Part shown: positions 30,438 through 38,784 of the stretch, in pieces
How the letters are laid out: every line of letters starts with the position of its first letter
How positions within the stretch are numbered: the first letter of the stretch is position 1
From: Elusimicrobiota bacterium
GTDB taxonomy: Bacteria > Elusimicrobiota > Elusimicrobia > Elusimicrobiales > UBA9959
NCBI GenBank assembly: GCA_037137395.1
Contig: JBAXKK010000014.1
Location: 1 to 40,002, forward strand
Length of the DNA: 40,002 nucleotides
Direction: 5' to 3'
Position numbers and translations under genes: made by a program
The notes under the pieces: generated by a model
What the model was told of the DNA's origin: nothing
Seen by the model: the letters and a program-made list of their open reading frames with translations, nothing else
The model's database searches: none

Positions 30438-30911
30438 CTACTTCTTTTCAACCAGATCCATACCGCACTTGGGGCATTTGCCTGGTTTGTCGCCCTGATA
30501 GTCGCCCATGGGGCAGACATATACTTTAGCCTGGGTTTCCTGTTTCTTTTGCAAAAACTTTTCAGGATTTTCCAGGAAAGGCTTCTTACAGCCGGGGCAG
30601 CAGAAGTAATAGACCTTGCCCTTATAGGAGGCCGAGAGGGTTTTGGCGGTTACTTTAAAGATGTTCCCCATCACGGGGCAAACCGCTTCCGTCCCCACTT
30701 CCTCTTTAGTTACCTTGCGCATGGTCGCCTTGACGAGCTTCTCCTTACCACCGGCTTCCACCACCGATTTCTGCATCGTATGGGTGCTGTCCATTTTCCC
30801 CATCTTCATCTGCCGGCAATCATCCCCCTTATTGCCGCATTCTTCAGCAAAAGCCGGAGAGCAGGCGAATACCAGCGCGAACGCGCACAACAGTTTTAAT
30901 TTCATGTTCAT
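30438..30911 (-). CDS. Exported YHS-domain protein with C-terminal heavy-metal-binding domain
   Basis: Signal peptide; 'CPVMG...YKGKVYYFCCPGCKKPF..NPEKF'; 'YVCPM..DKPGKCPKCGMDLV'; Met-rich linker. Confidence 0.9.
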   Translation of the reverse strand: MNMKLKLLCAFALVFACSPAFAEECGNKGDDCRQMKMGKMDSTHTMQKSVVEAGGKEKLVKATMRKVTKEEVGTEAVCPVMGNIFKVTAKTLSASYKGKVYYFCCPGCKKPFLENPEKFLQKKQETQAKVYVCPMGDYQGDKPGKCPKCGMDLVEKK

Positions 30912-31013
30912 TGTATCCTCTTTGCTATTTTATGCCCTAAAGCCCGGCAGTGATCTTATTGAGTTTTACGAGCGGGGTTCCGCCTACGGCGCCAAGAATG
31001 GAATTTAAGACTT

Positions 31014-34000
31014 TCATGATCTGTCCTCCGGTGTTAAACGGAAGTTATTCCTTTTCATTTTCCACAGGTAGTACACGGCCGGATAGACCAGCAGTTCCAG
31101 CGCGAAGCTGGAGGCGAGGCCGCCTATCATGGGCGCGGCTATGCGCTTCATCAGGTCGGAACCTGTGCCAAGCGACCACATTATTGGAATAAGGCCCATG
31201 AAAGCCGCCGCCACCGTCATCATCTTCGGGCGCACCCGCTTTACCGCGCCGTAAATAATAGCTTCTTTAAGGTCGTCGGGATTGTTCATGCGCCCCCTCT
31301 TTTTCATGTCGTCATATGAAAGATCCAGGAACAGCAGCATGAACACACCGGTCTCGGCATCCAGGCCCATCAAGGCTATCATGCCCACCCATACAGCGAT
31401 AGAGACATTGTAACCGAGGAAGTATAAGAGCCATATCGCCCCGATCAACGAGAACGGCACGGCCATCAGGACTATAAAAGTCTTTGTCGCGGATTTGGTG
31501 TTCATGTAGAGAAGTATGAAGATTATAAACAGCGTAAGCGGCAGCACTATCTTGAGCCTTTCCCTTACGCGGATCATGTTCTCATACTGGCCGCTCCATT
31601 CGAGCGAATAGCCGGCCGGGAGTTTAAGATTGGACAGTACATGCTCCTTAGCATTCTTAACATACGTGCCTACGTCTATTCCCTCTATATCCACGTAAAC
31701 GTAGCCTGACAACAGACCATTCTCATCGCGGATCATGGCAGGACCCTGCCGCATCTCGATCTCGGCTATCTGCGCCAGCGGCACGTTTATACCACCCTCG
31801 GTGGTAACAAGGACCCTGCCGAGCTTGCTCAGGTCGTCGCGGAACTCACGGGCGTAGCGTACGTTTATAGAATATCTTTCCCTGCCTTCCACGGTTGTGG
31901 AAACCGGATCGCCGCCTATGGCGGACATCACCGACATCTGGGCTTCCCGCACCGAGAGACCATATCGGGCCAACTGGTCCCGCTTAAGCGTAAAGTCCAG
32001 GAAATAGCCGCCCGCGGTGCGTTCCGCGAACGCGCTTCTGGTGCCTTTGACATGGGATACAAGTTGTTCAACTTCCACTCCTATTTTCTGGATCTGCGCA
32101 AGATCTGCGCCGTAGATCTTTATCCCTACCGGTGTACGTATGCCGGTGGAAAGCATGTCTATCCTGGCCTTTATCGGCATAGTCCAGGCGTTGGAAACTC
32201 CGGGAAACCTCATCTTTGAGTCGATATCGGTAATAAGATCGTCCCACGTCAACTTGTCATACCAGATATGGCTGAGTATTTTACGCAGGAAATCCGGCGC
32301 CCAGGAAGAATACCAGCGGGGTTTGGCGCGCCAATCCTCGTGAGGTTTCAGTACGACCGTGGTTTCCATCATGGAGAAAGGTGCCGGGTCAGTGGAGGTT
32401 TCCGCGCGCCCGGCCTTACCGAACACCCGTTCCACTTCGGGGATGCTTTTAAGTATACGGTCCTGGAGCTGCAGCAGCTTCTGCGCTTCGGTAACCGAAA
32501 GTCCCGGCAGAGTGGTAGGCATGTATAAAATAGTCCCTTCGTTCAGGGGCGGCATAAATTCCGAGCCCAGCTTCAGGTAGACCGGGATGGTTAAAAGGAT
32601 AAGCAGGACCGCGAAACTAATGGTCTTCACCGGATGGTCCAACACAAATTTGCAGACCGGTTCGTAGATCGCGAACAACCTTTTGCTTATAGGGTGTTTT
32701 TCTTCAGGGTAATAGGTGCCGACCGTCGCGGTGTTCACTACTTTTCCGAACCAGCGCGGTTTGATGTTGAATGGTTCCATGCGGGCGAACATCATGCGCA
32801 GCGCCGGGTCCAGGGTCACGGCCAATATGGCCGCCATGAACATGGAAAGATTCTTGGTATAGGCCAGAGGCTTGAATAACCAGCCTTCCTGGTCCACCAA
32901 CGTGAAGATGGGCAGAAAAGCCACGGCTATGACCAGAAGCGAGAAGAATACGGATGGGCCCACTTCCTGCAGGGCTTCCAGGCGTACCGCGTGGAAATCC
33001 CCTTTACGCCCCCCGCTTTGCCATAGCTCCAGCTTTTTATAGGCGTTTTCCACTTCCACTATCGCCCCGTCCACCAAAACACCTATGGATATGGCGATGC
33101 CGGACAGGGACATTATGTTGGAAGAAATGCCCATAAAGAACATGGGGATAAATGCCAGGAATACTGAAACCGGGATGGTCACTATAGGAATTATCGCCGA
33201 GGGCACGTGCCAGAGGAAAAGAAGGATCACAAGACTGACGATGATCATTTCCTCGGTCAGCTGGCGTTTAAGGGTCGCTATGGCCTTGTGTATCAGATCC
33301 GACCGGTCATAGGTAGTAACCAGTTCCACGCCTTCGGGAAAGGAGGGTTTTACCTGCTCTATTTTTTCCTTTACTCTTTGTATGACATCCAGAGCGTTTT
33401 CTTTATGGCGGATTATAACTATGCCGCCTACCGCGTCCCCCTCACCGTCGAGGTCCGATATACCACGCCTTATCTCCGGCCCGACCTCCACTTTGGCGAT
33501 GCTCTTGATAAGCACCGGTGTGCCGTTTAAGTCGCGAGCCACAACTATGTTTTCGATATCCGCCACCGAGCGCGCATAACCCTTGCCGCGTATCATGTAT
33601 TCCGCGCCCGAAAACTCTATCAACCGGCCGCCCACATCGCTATTGCCGCCCTTGACCGCGTTCAGTACCTTTTCCAGCGGTATATTGTAGGCAGCCATGG
33701 CGTTTGGATTCAGGTTTACCTGATACTGCTTCTGAAATCCGCCGATGGACGCTACTTCAGCCACGCCCGGCACCGACTGCAAATGGAATTTAAGATTCCA
33801 ATCCTGAAAGGAACGTAATTCGGAAAGATCGTGCCTGCCGCTTTTATCCACTAGGGCGTATTGGTATACCCAGCCGACACTGGTGGCGTCGGGACCTATT
33901 TCCGTTTTGACACCTTCCGGCAGCCGGCCCTGTATCTTGTTCAGATATTCAAGCACGCGCGCCCTGGCCCAATAGATATCCGTGCCGTCCTGAAAGATTA

Positions 34001-34280
34001 CATAGACATATGAAAAGCCGAAGTCGGAGAACCCGCGTATGGTCTTTACTTTCGGGACGCCCAGCAGCGAAGTAATGATCGGGTATGTGACCTGATCCTC
34101 CATGATGTCCGGAGAGCGGTCCCATCGGGAATAAATTATAACCTGCGTGTCGGAAAGGTCGGGGATGGCGTCCAGCGAGATGTTCTTTACGCAATAGTAA
34201 GCGCCGACCATGGCCGCCATGGCGAAAATAATAATCAATGCCCTGTTGTGGGCGGAAAAAGCGATGATCTTTTTTATCAT
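31014..34280 (-). CDS. cusA: CusA/CzcA-family heavy-metal RND efflux pump
   Basis: DAIPDLSDTQVII, GPDATSVGWVYQY, GSEFMPPLNEG, TDPAPFSMMET, RVRPKMMT; 1088 aa. Confidence 0.95.
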   Translation of the reverse strand: MIKKIIAFSAHNRALIIIFAMAAMVGAYYCVKNISLDAIPDLSDTQVIIYSRWDRSPDIMEDQVTYPIITSLLGVPKVKTIRGFSDFGFSYVYVIFQDGTDIYWARARVLEYLNKIQGRLPEGVKTEIGPDATSVGWVYQYALVDKSGRHDLSELRSFQDWNLKFHLQSVPGVAEVASIGGFQKQYQVNLNPNAMAAYNIPLEKVLNAVKGGNSDVGGRLIEFSGAEYMIRGKGYARSVADIENIVVARDLNGTPVLIKSIAKVEVGPEIRRGISDLDGEGDAVGGIVIIRHKENALDVIQRVKEKIEQVKPSFPEGVELVTTYDRSDLIHKAIATLKRQLTEEMIIVSLVILLFLWHVPSAIIPIVTIPVSVFLAFIPMFFMGISSNIMSLSGIAISIGVLVDGAIVEVENAYKKLELWQSGGRKGDFHAVRLEALQEVGPSVFFSLLVIAVAFLPIFTLVDQEGWLFKPLAYTKNLSMFMAAILAVTLDPALRMMFARMEPFNIKPRWFGKVVNTATVGTYYPEEKHPISKRLFAIYEPVCKFVLDHPVKTISFAVLLILLTIPVYLKLGSEFMPPLNEGTILYMPTTLPGLSVTEAQKLLQLQDRILKSIPEVERVFGKAGRAETSTDPAPFSMMETTVVLKPHEDWRAKPRWYSSWAPDFLRKILSHIWYDKLTWDDLITDIDSKMRFPGVSNAWTMPIKARIDMLSTGIRTPVGIKIYGADLAQIQKIGVEVEQLVSHVKGTRSAFAERTAGGYFLDFTLKRDQLARYGLSVREAQMSVMSAIGGDPVSTTVEGRERYSINVRYAREFRDDLSKLGRVLVTTEGGINVPLAQIAEIEMRQGPAMIRDENGLLSGYVYVDIEGIDVGTYVKNAKEHVLSNLKLPAGYSLEWSGQYENMIRVRERLKIVLPLTLFIIFILLYMNTKSATKTFIVLMAVPFSLIGAIWLLYFLGYNVSIAVWVGMIALMGLDAETGVFMLLFLDLSYDDMKKRGRMNNPDDLKEAIIYGAVKRVRPKMMTVAAAFMGLIPIMWSLGTGSDLMKRIAAPMIGGLASSFALELLVYPAVYYLWKMKRNNFRLTPEDRS

Positions 34281-34284
34281 GGCA

Positions 34285-35448
34285 TTATTCCGTTACCGAC
34301 GCCTTGAGCCTGGCTTCCGAGTCTATAAGGAAATTGGCGGAAGTCACAACGAGGTCGCCAGCTTTTATGCCGGATAAGATTTCGATGTAATCATCCCCTT
34401 CAAAACCGGTTTTAACCGCCCGCGGTTCTATCACGTCGCCATTTTTATCCACAAAAACCAGTTTGCGTGATCCTGTACTGACCACGGCATCAGAGGGAAC
34501 AGCCAAGCGTGAGCCGATCGTCACTTTTATCTTTATCTCGGCGTACATCTCGGGCTTCAGCATATTGTCGGTGTTATCCACCTCCGCCCTGACCCGCAAC
34601 GTGCGCGTTTCGGCGGAAAGGATAGAGTCCACAGCCTTTATAACGCCGCGAAATACCTTGCCGGGGTAAGCGGGCGTCGTCGCCTCTATTTCCTGCCCCG
34701 GCTTTATAAGACTTATCTCATACTCGTATATCTGCGCATAAAGCCAGGCCTTAGCGCCGGGCAGAAGCAGGTTGAGGTGTGTCTCGCCATTCCGGCTTAA
34801 CTCGCCTATCTGCTCATCTGAAAACCCAGACTGCCTCAGGCGCAGCTCCGACGCCCGGATAAGGGCTTCAGCTCTTTCACGCACCTCCGGCCATGCGCTG
34901 TCCTTAACTTTATCCCTGGCCACAAGGGCTTCCTTATATTCTGAGATGGATTGGTAGAGGTTCGCATCATACGCGACCTTGCCGGAACTCAAGATAGTAT
35001 GGGTCAGCGTTCTATAGGCCGCCCGGACGGTCTTAACGCCGATGAGTTGTCTTTTAGCCTCGTCCATCCTGATAGGAGCTCTGCCGTCCACTTCTTTAGC
35101 CCCGCCCTCAAGTTCGTATACCGGCACATAATCCATCCCCATTTCGTCTTTCATGGGAGTTTTGGACGTTACCGACGCATCCATGGGGCTGCGGTAGAAT
35201 TTTATTTTCTTTTCGCCCGGCTGAGCGGCCGGAGAGGGGCTCTCTTCGGTTTTGACCAGGTTCATCCCGCAGATCGGGCATTCGCCCGGTTTATCCGACA
35301 CATAGGTGGGATGCATCGGGCAATGATACATGCCTTTATGCTGGCCGACTTCTGACCTGCCGTGCCCGCGATAATGCCTTATACTTATGGGGACAGCCGC
35401 CAGAAGCAGGATGCCCAGACTTATCAAAACAATTTTTTTAGTTTTCAT
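34285..35448 (-). CDS. cusB: CusB-like periplasmic adaptor with N-terminal heavy-metal-binding domains
   Basis: YHCPMHP..DKPGECPICGMNLV; FYRSPMD..KDEMGMDYVP; LKPEMY; SANFLIDSEA. Confidence 0.92.
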   Translation of the reverse strand: MKTKKIVLISLGILLLAAVPISIRHYRGHGRSEVGQHKGMYHCPMHPTYVSDKPGECPICGMNLVKTEESPSPAAQPGEKKIKFYRSPMDASVTSKTPMKDEMGMDYVPVYELEGGAKEVDGRAPIRMDEAKRQLIGVKTVRAAYRTLTHTILSSGKVAYDANLYQSISEYKEALVARDKVKDSAWPEVRERAEALIRASELRLRQSGFSDEQIGELSRNGETHLNLLLPGAKAWLYAQIYEYEISLIKPGQEIEATTPAYPGKVFRGVIKAVDSILSAETRTLRVRAEVDNTDNMLKPEMYAEIKIKVTIGSRLAVPSDAVVSTGSRKLVFVDKNGDVIEPRAVKTGFEGDDYIEILSGIKAGDLVVTSANFLIDSEARLKASVTE

Positions 35449-35493
35449 TTCATTTCCTGTTTTAACTGAATCGGCCGTCTGCCGGGGCCCCTG

Positions 35494-36825
35494 TTACTGT
35501 ACCTGCGCAGGCATTGTGCCGCTTCGCTCCACCCCGGTCAGCTGCTCAACCCTGGCAAGCCAAGTCTGGTAGTCCACGACATAGCGGTAATAATCCATTC
35601 TGAGATCCAGCAGCGTCCGCTGCGCGTCCAGCAGATCCATGAAATCAGCTTTCTCGGCCTGATAGCCGCTCTGCGCTATTTTCAACGCTTCCTCAGCCTG
35701 AGGTATAACGCTGCCACGGTAAAGCTCCACCAGCCGCAAGCTGCTGCGCGCTTTTATATCCGCTTCCCTTAAAGATGACGCCAGCTCGTTTTGCGCGGCC
35801 TTATATTCGGCCTGCGCCATTTCCTTTTCCACACCGGCTTCTTTCACCATCGCTTTCTGTTTGGAAAACCAGAGCGGCACTGTCAGGCCAAGGGCAACAT
35901 CGTAAGTGTTTGAGATCTCCTGGCCGGGCATCTTCCTTTTCCTGTAAAGCAGCATAAAGTCCGGCAGATACTCCGCTTTTGAAAGCGTAAGTCTGCGTTC
36001 GGCCTGACTGACTTTAAGGGAATAGGCTTTCAGACCGGGATTGGAAATAAGAGCCCCGGCTTTCAATTTCCCGTAATCATCACCGGGGTGAGACGGCTCC
36101 AATTCCTGCGGCTCCGGCAAAACGGACAGCGTGTCCCGGTCCATTAACGCGTTCAACATGGCTTTAGCGGTTTCTTTTTCCTGTGTGACCGTTACCAGCA
36201 TGTTAAGCGTTCGGGAAAGTTCAACATGGGCTTTTATCGCGTCGCTTTGCGAAGCGCTTCCGACCGAATATTTGGTCTCTGCTATCTTTGAGAACCCGCG
36301 CAGGATATCAACGGTTTCATTATAGATCTGCTCTGCCTTGGAAGCCATGTAATACTCATAGAAAAGAGACTTTGCTTTGGCGGTCAGTTCCCTCTCTTTA
36401 GCCTCGTAAAGAGCCGAATAAAAAACATGTTCGTCTTTGGCAATATTCTTGCGCAGCAGGAGTTTATACGGGTTATCTATTTCCTGACTGATCGCGATAT
36501 TCCTTTCGCCCGCATCATTAAAAAAATTTTTGCCGGAAGGCGTATACATCCGCTCAAATTCGATAACCGGGTCCTTAAGGATATACGCCTGCTTTATCCG
36601 GGCCTTATATACGGCGGAGACGGCTTTGGCAGCCTTAAGTTCAGGGTTCTTCTCACGAACCTCAGCAATAACCTGTGCCAGGCTAAGTGTAGTGGCGGCA
36701 ACGGCCATGGATGTGGATGATGCTTGTACCTGCGGCAGTAAGCCATCCGGCTTGGAGGATCCGTCCTGCGCTCCGGCCGCGGCACATATCCCTGATATCA
36801 ACATAACTATCGTACCTGTCTTCAT
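35494..36825 (-). CDS. TolC/CusC-family outer membrane efflux protein; start likely 36825
   Basis: Signal peptide MKTGTIVMLISGICAAAGA; OEP repeats 'NPELKA', 'YLPDF', 'LTVPLW', 'DLLDAQRTL'. Confidence 0.9.
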   Translation of the reverse strand: MKTGTIVMLISGICAAAGAQDGSSKPDGLLPQVQASSTSMAVAATTLSLAQVIAEVREKNPELKAAKAVSAVYKARIKQAYILKDPVIEFERMYTPSGKNFFNDAGERNIAISQEIDNPYKLLLRKNIAKDEHVFYSALYEAKERELTAKAKSLFYEYYMASKAEQIYNETVDILRGFSKIAETKYSVGSASQSDAIKAHVELSRTLNMLVTVTQEKETAKAMLNALMDRDTLSVLPEPQELEPSHPGDDYGKLKAGALISNPGLKAYSLKVSQAERRLTLSKAEYLPDFMLLYRKRKMPGQEISNTYDVALGLTVPLWFSKQKAMVKEAGVEKEMAQAEYKAAQNELASSLREADIKARSSLRLVELYRGSVIPQAEEALKIAQSGYQAEKADFMDLLDAQRTLLDLRMDYYRYVVDYQTWLARVEQLTGVERSGTMPAQVQ

Positions 36826-36871
36826 AAGTTTTCCCGCGTTTACCGCTTTATACTTTGCGTTTGCAATACTT

Positions 36872-37126
36872 TTATTTAGCCAGTTTGGAAGCCAGGTCAT
36901 TAAGCATGGGCATATGGTACAGAAAAACGCCGGTCACCACTGCCAGGTAGGCCAGGGCGGCGACTATCGCGGCTTTGGCCAATTTTTGCCCGCGCGCGGT
37001 AATGGCGGGGTCTTTAAGCGCCATAACGCCAAGGATCACGGCCAAGGCGGCCTTTTCCACGCCGAACAAGTGCACGAAAGAAAGGACGGCGAGTGCGAGG
37101 GCCGCGCCGGCGAGTTTAGTGGACAT
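36872..37126 (-). CDS. Small membrane protein (about 3 TM)
   Basis: Hydrophobic 84 aa; overlaps the anti-sigma stop; in operon orientation. Confidence 0.7.
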   Translation of the reverse strand: MSTKLAGAALALAVLSFVHLFGVEKAALAVILGVMALKDPAITARGQKLAKAAIVAALAYLAVVTGVFLYHMPMLNDLASKLAK

Positions 37127-37712
37127 TGCTTTTTTCCCCCATATTTTTCATATTCATATCGTCCCCGGCTCCGTCCCGCTTTTGCATTTTTTCCATCTGG
37201 CAGTTTTTGCAGGGGCAGATGCTTTTCTTGCCCGCTTCATGCATACACAGGCACATATATTTGTCGCATTCGCCACAGAGCCGGGCCAGCGCCACCGGAT
37301 TTATGATACTGGCGGGCTCCGCGAACTGCGCCACTATTTTGCGCGCCAGCTCGCGGCGCATGCCATTCTCCATTGCATTGATATTGAAAGCAAAAGTGAA
37401 AAGATTTAACAGTATGAAAGACACCATCACGGCCATAGCGGGCACCGGCACGCGCAGGAAGCGGCGTAAAGCGACCCCGTAACGATCCACCGTGCGGGCG
37501 GAAGCCGCCACTCTTGCGGCAAAAAACGGCGAAGGCTCAACGGCGGGAAGCTGCCTTATCCCGGCATCTATCGCGGCCAGGTTTTTCAGTTCGCCGGCGC
37601 AGAAGGTGCAGGCGGCTAAGTGTTCTTTTACCACGGCCAGGTCCTGATATTCCAATTCTCCGTCCATGTAGGCGGAAAGTTTCGCTGATATTTTACATCG
37701 ATCGTCGGTCAT
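37116..37712 (-). CDS. Zinc-finger (ZAS) anti-sigma factor with Cys/Met-rich C-terminal domain; start 37712 (or 37730)
   Basis: LSAYMDGEL..HLAACTFC (HxxxCxxC); single TM; CGECDKYMCLCMH..CPCKNC tail; GAGG RBS before 37712. Confidence 0.88.
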   Translation of the reverse strand: MTDDRCKISAKLSAYMDGELEYQDLAVVKEHLAACTFCAGELKNLAAIDAGIRQLPAVEPSPFFAARVAASARTVDRYGVALRRFLRVPVPAMAVMVSFILLNLFTFAFNINAMENGMRRELARKIVAQFAEPASIINPVALARLCGECDKYMCLCMHEAGKKSICPCKNCQMEKMQKRDGAGDDMNMKNMGEKSNVH

Positions 37713-37732
37713 AAAACAGCCTCTGATCATTT

Positions 37733-37759
37733 AAACGCGGATCCATCCAAAAACTTGCG
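37733..37759 (-). promoter_or_regulatory. Putative ECF-sigma-dependent promoter
   Basis: Minus strand CGCAAG-15 bp-GCGTTT in the sigma/anti-sigma gap; a CGT -10 core is typical of ECF promoters. Confidence 0.4.
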
Positions 37760-37836
37760 GTGTGAATGTCCTGAATGGGCAGGCCCATAGTCAAAGTACA
37801 ATGACCGGGAATGGGATAATTGACCGGAGAGGGTAG

Positions 37837-38430
37837 CTAACTATGGGGATCAAAACGGTTCTTCAGATTTTGGCGGGCCCTGAACAGAAGGGACTCGACC
37901 GAAGGCACGGAGACATCCAGTATCCCCGCTATTTCGTGATAGGAACGGTTTTCGTACACTTTGAGGATAATTGCGGCACGCTGGTTTTCCGGCAGTTCCG
38001 CGAGCGCCGCCTCAACCGAACGTTTGGTTTCCAGACGCTCGCGCAGAAGATCGGCAGAAAGGTCCGACGGGTCAGCAACCTGCCGGCTCAGTGTGTCGCC
38101 GGCGTCGTTCTCCGAGGCCTCGTCAAGGCTCACGAACGCGGCGCCCCCCGCCCTGACCTTCCTGCGCCTTATGCGGTCCACGCAGAGATTGTAGGCTATA
38201 CGGTAAAGGTAAGTGGAAAATTTAGCCCGCTCCCGCAGACCGGCTGCGGCGCCCGCCACTTTCAAAAAAACTTCCTGGGCAATATCCTCCGCTTCGGTCC
38301 TTTCCGGTATTATACGGTATACAAAATTGATCAGCGGTTTTTCCCAGCGCGCCACTACGGCGGCAAAGGCGCTTTCATCTCCGTCCGAGAAAAGCTGTAA
38401 AAGCTCAAATTCATTTTCAGTGGCGCTCAC
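37837..38430 (-). CDS. ECF RNA polymerase sigma factor (SigW/RpoE-like)
   Basis: GDESAF, AEDIAQEVF, FSTYLYRIAYN, LPENQR..SYHEIA..SVESLLFRAR. Confidence 0.94.
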   Translation of the reverse strand: MSATENEFELLQLFSDGDESAFAAVVARWEKPLINFVYRIIPERTEAEDIAQEVFLKVAGAAAGLRERAKFSTYLYRIAYNLCVDRIRRRKVRAGGAAFVSLDEASENDAGDTLSRQVADPSDLSADLLRERLETKRSVEAALAELPENQRAAIILKVYENRSYHEIAGILDVSVPSVESLLFRARQNLKNRFDPHS

Positions 38431-38490
38431 GGAACTATTTTAGTATAAATAGTCCACAGGTATCAGGTTTATTTAGGGTTATAATTAGCT

Positions 38491-38615
38491 GGGGCGAAGG
38501 CTGCGCCAAACCTCAAATGTACGGTGTTTATTCCAAGGTGAACCCGGTGGAACGGACTGGATCGACAGCATAGTGAAATAACCGGCCATTTAATATATCG
38601 GCAGCCGAGCGTCCT
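38491..38615 (+). ncRNA. Candidate rod-shaped structured ncRNA (6S-like; family not established)
   Basis: TATAAT at 38480-38485; nested pairings GGGGCG/CGTCCT, GGCTGC/GCAGCC, AAATG/CATTT, TTATT/AATAA, CCGGT/ACTGG with a central bubble. Confidence 0.45.
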
Positions 38616-38678
38616 ATTTTAGTAGAATATCATCTAAGTAGAAAAACCTCTTGCCATCAAAGTAAGGGGTGCGGCAGA

Positions 38679-38750
38679 CGGGGCATAGTGAAATGGTTCT
38701 CACGCGTGCTTTGGGAGCATGAATTCCAGGTTCGATCCCTGGTGCCCCGA
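38679..38750 (+). tRNA. tRNA-Pro (anticodon UGG), CCA not encoded
   Basis: Acceptor CGGGGCA/TGCCCCG + A73; D-stem GTGA/TCAC; anticodon arm CGTGC-TTTGGGA-GCATG; T-arm CCAGG-TTCGATC-CCTGG. Confidence 0.9.
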
Positions 38751-38784
38751 TATCCAGACTATAACTTTCATCCGAAACTGCCCT

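Noticed and set aside
30202..30529. Plus-strand ORFs 30202-30498 and 30245-30529 as the rSAM partner
   Set aside because: They are antisense to the operon, lack an RBS and overlap the YHS gene; the minus-strand 31-aa ORF has a strong RBS and the correct orientation.
36826..36900. Longer TolC N-terminus from the ORF track
   Set aside because: It overlaps the upstream membrane-protein gene; the signal peptide fits a start at 36825.
38491..38615. tmRNA or SRP RNA
   Set aside because: No T-arm/CCA acceptor half or tag ORF, and no SRP helix-8 motif.
28968..38750. Genomic island integrated at tRNA-Pro carrying the cus/RiPP cassette
   Set aside because: No integrase, no duplicated tRNA-Pro end seen at the far boundary, and the cassette lies on the 5' side of the tRNA.
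38719..38784. N-terminal extension of the acid phosphatase
   Set aside because: It overlaps the tRNA-Pro gene; the signal peptide begins at ATG 38785.
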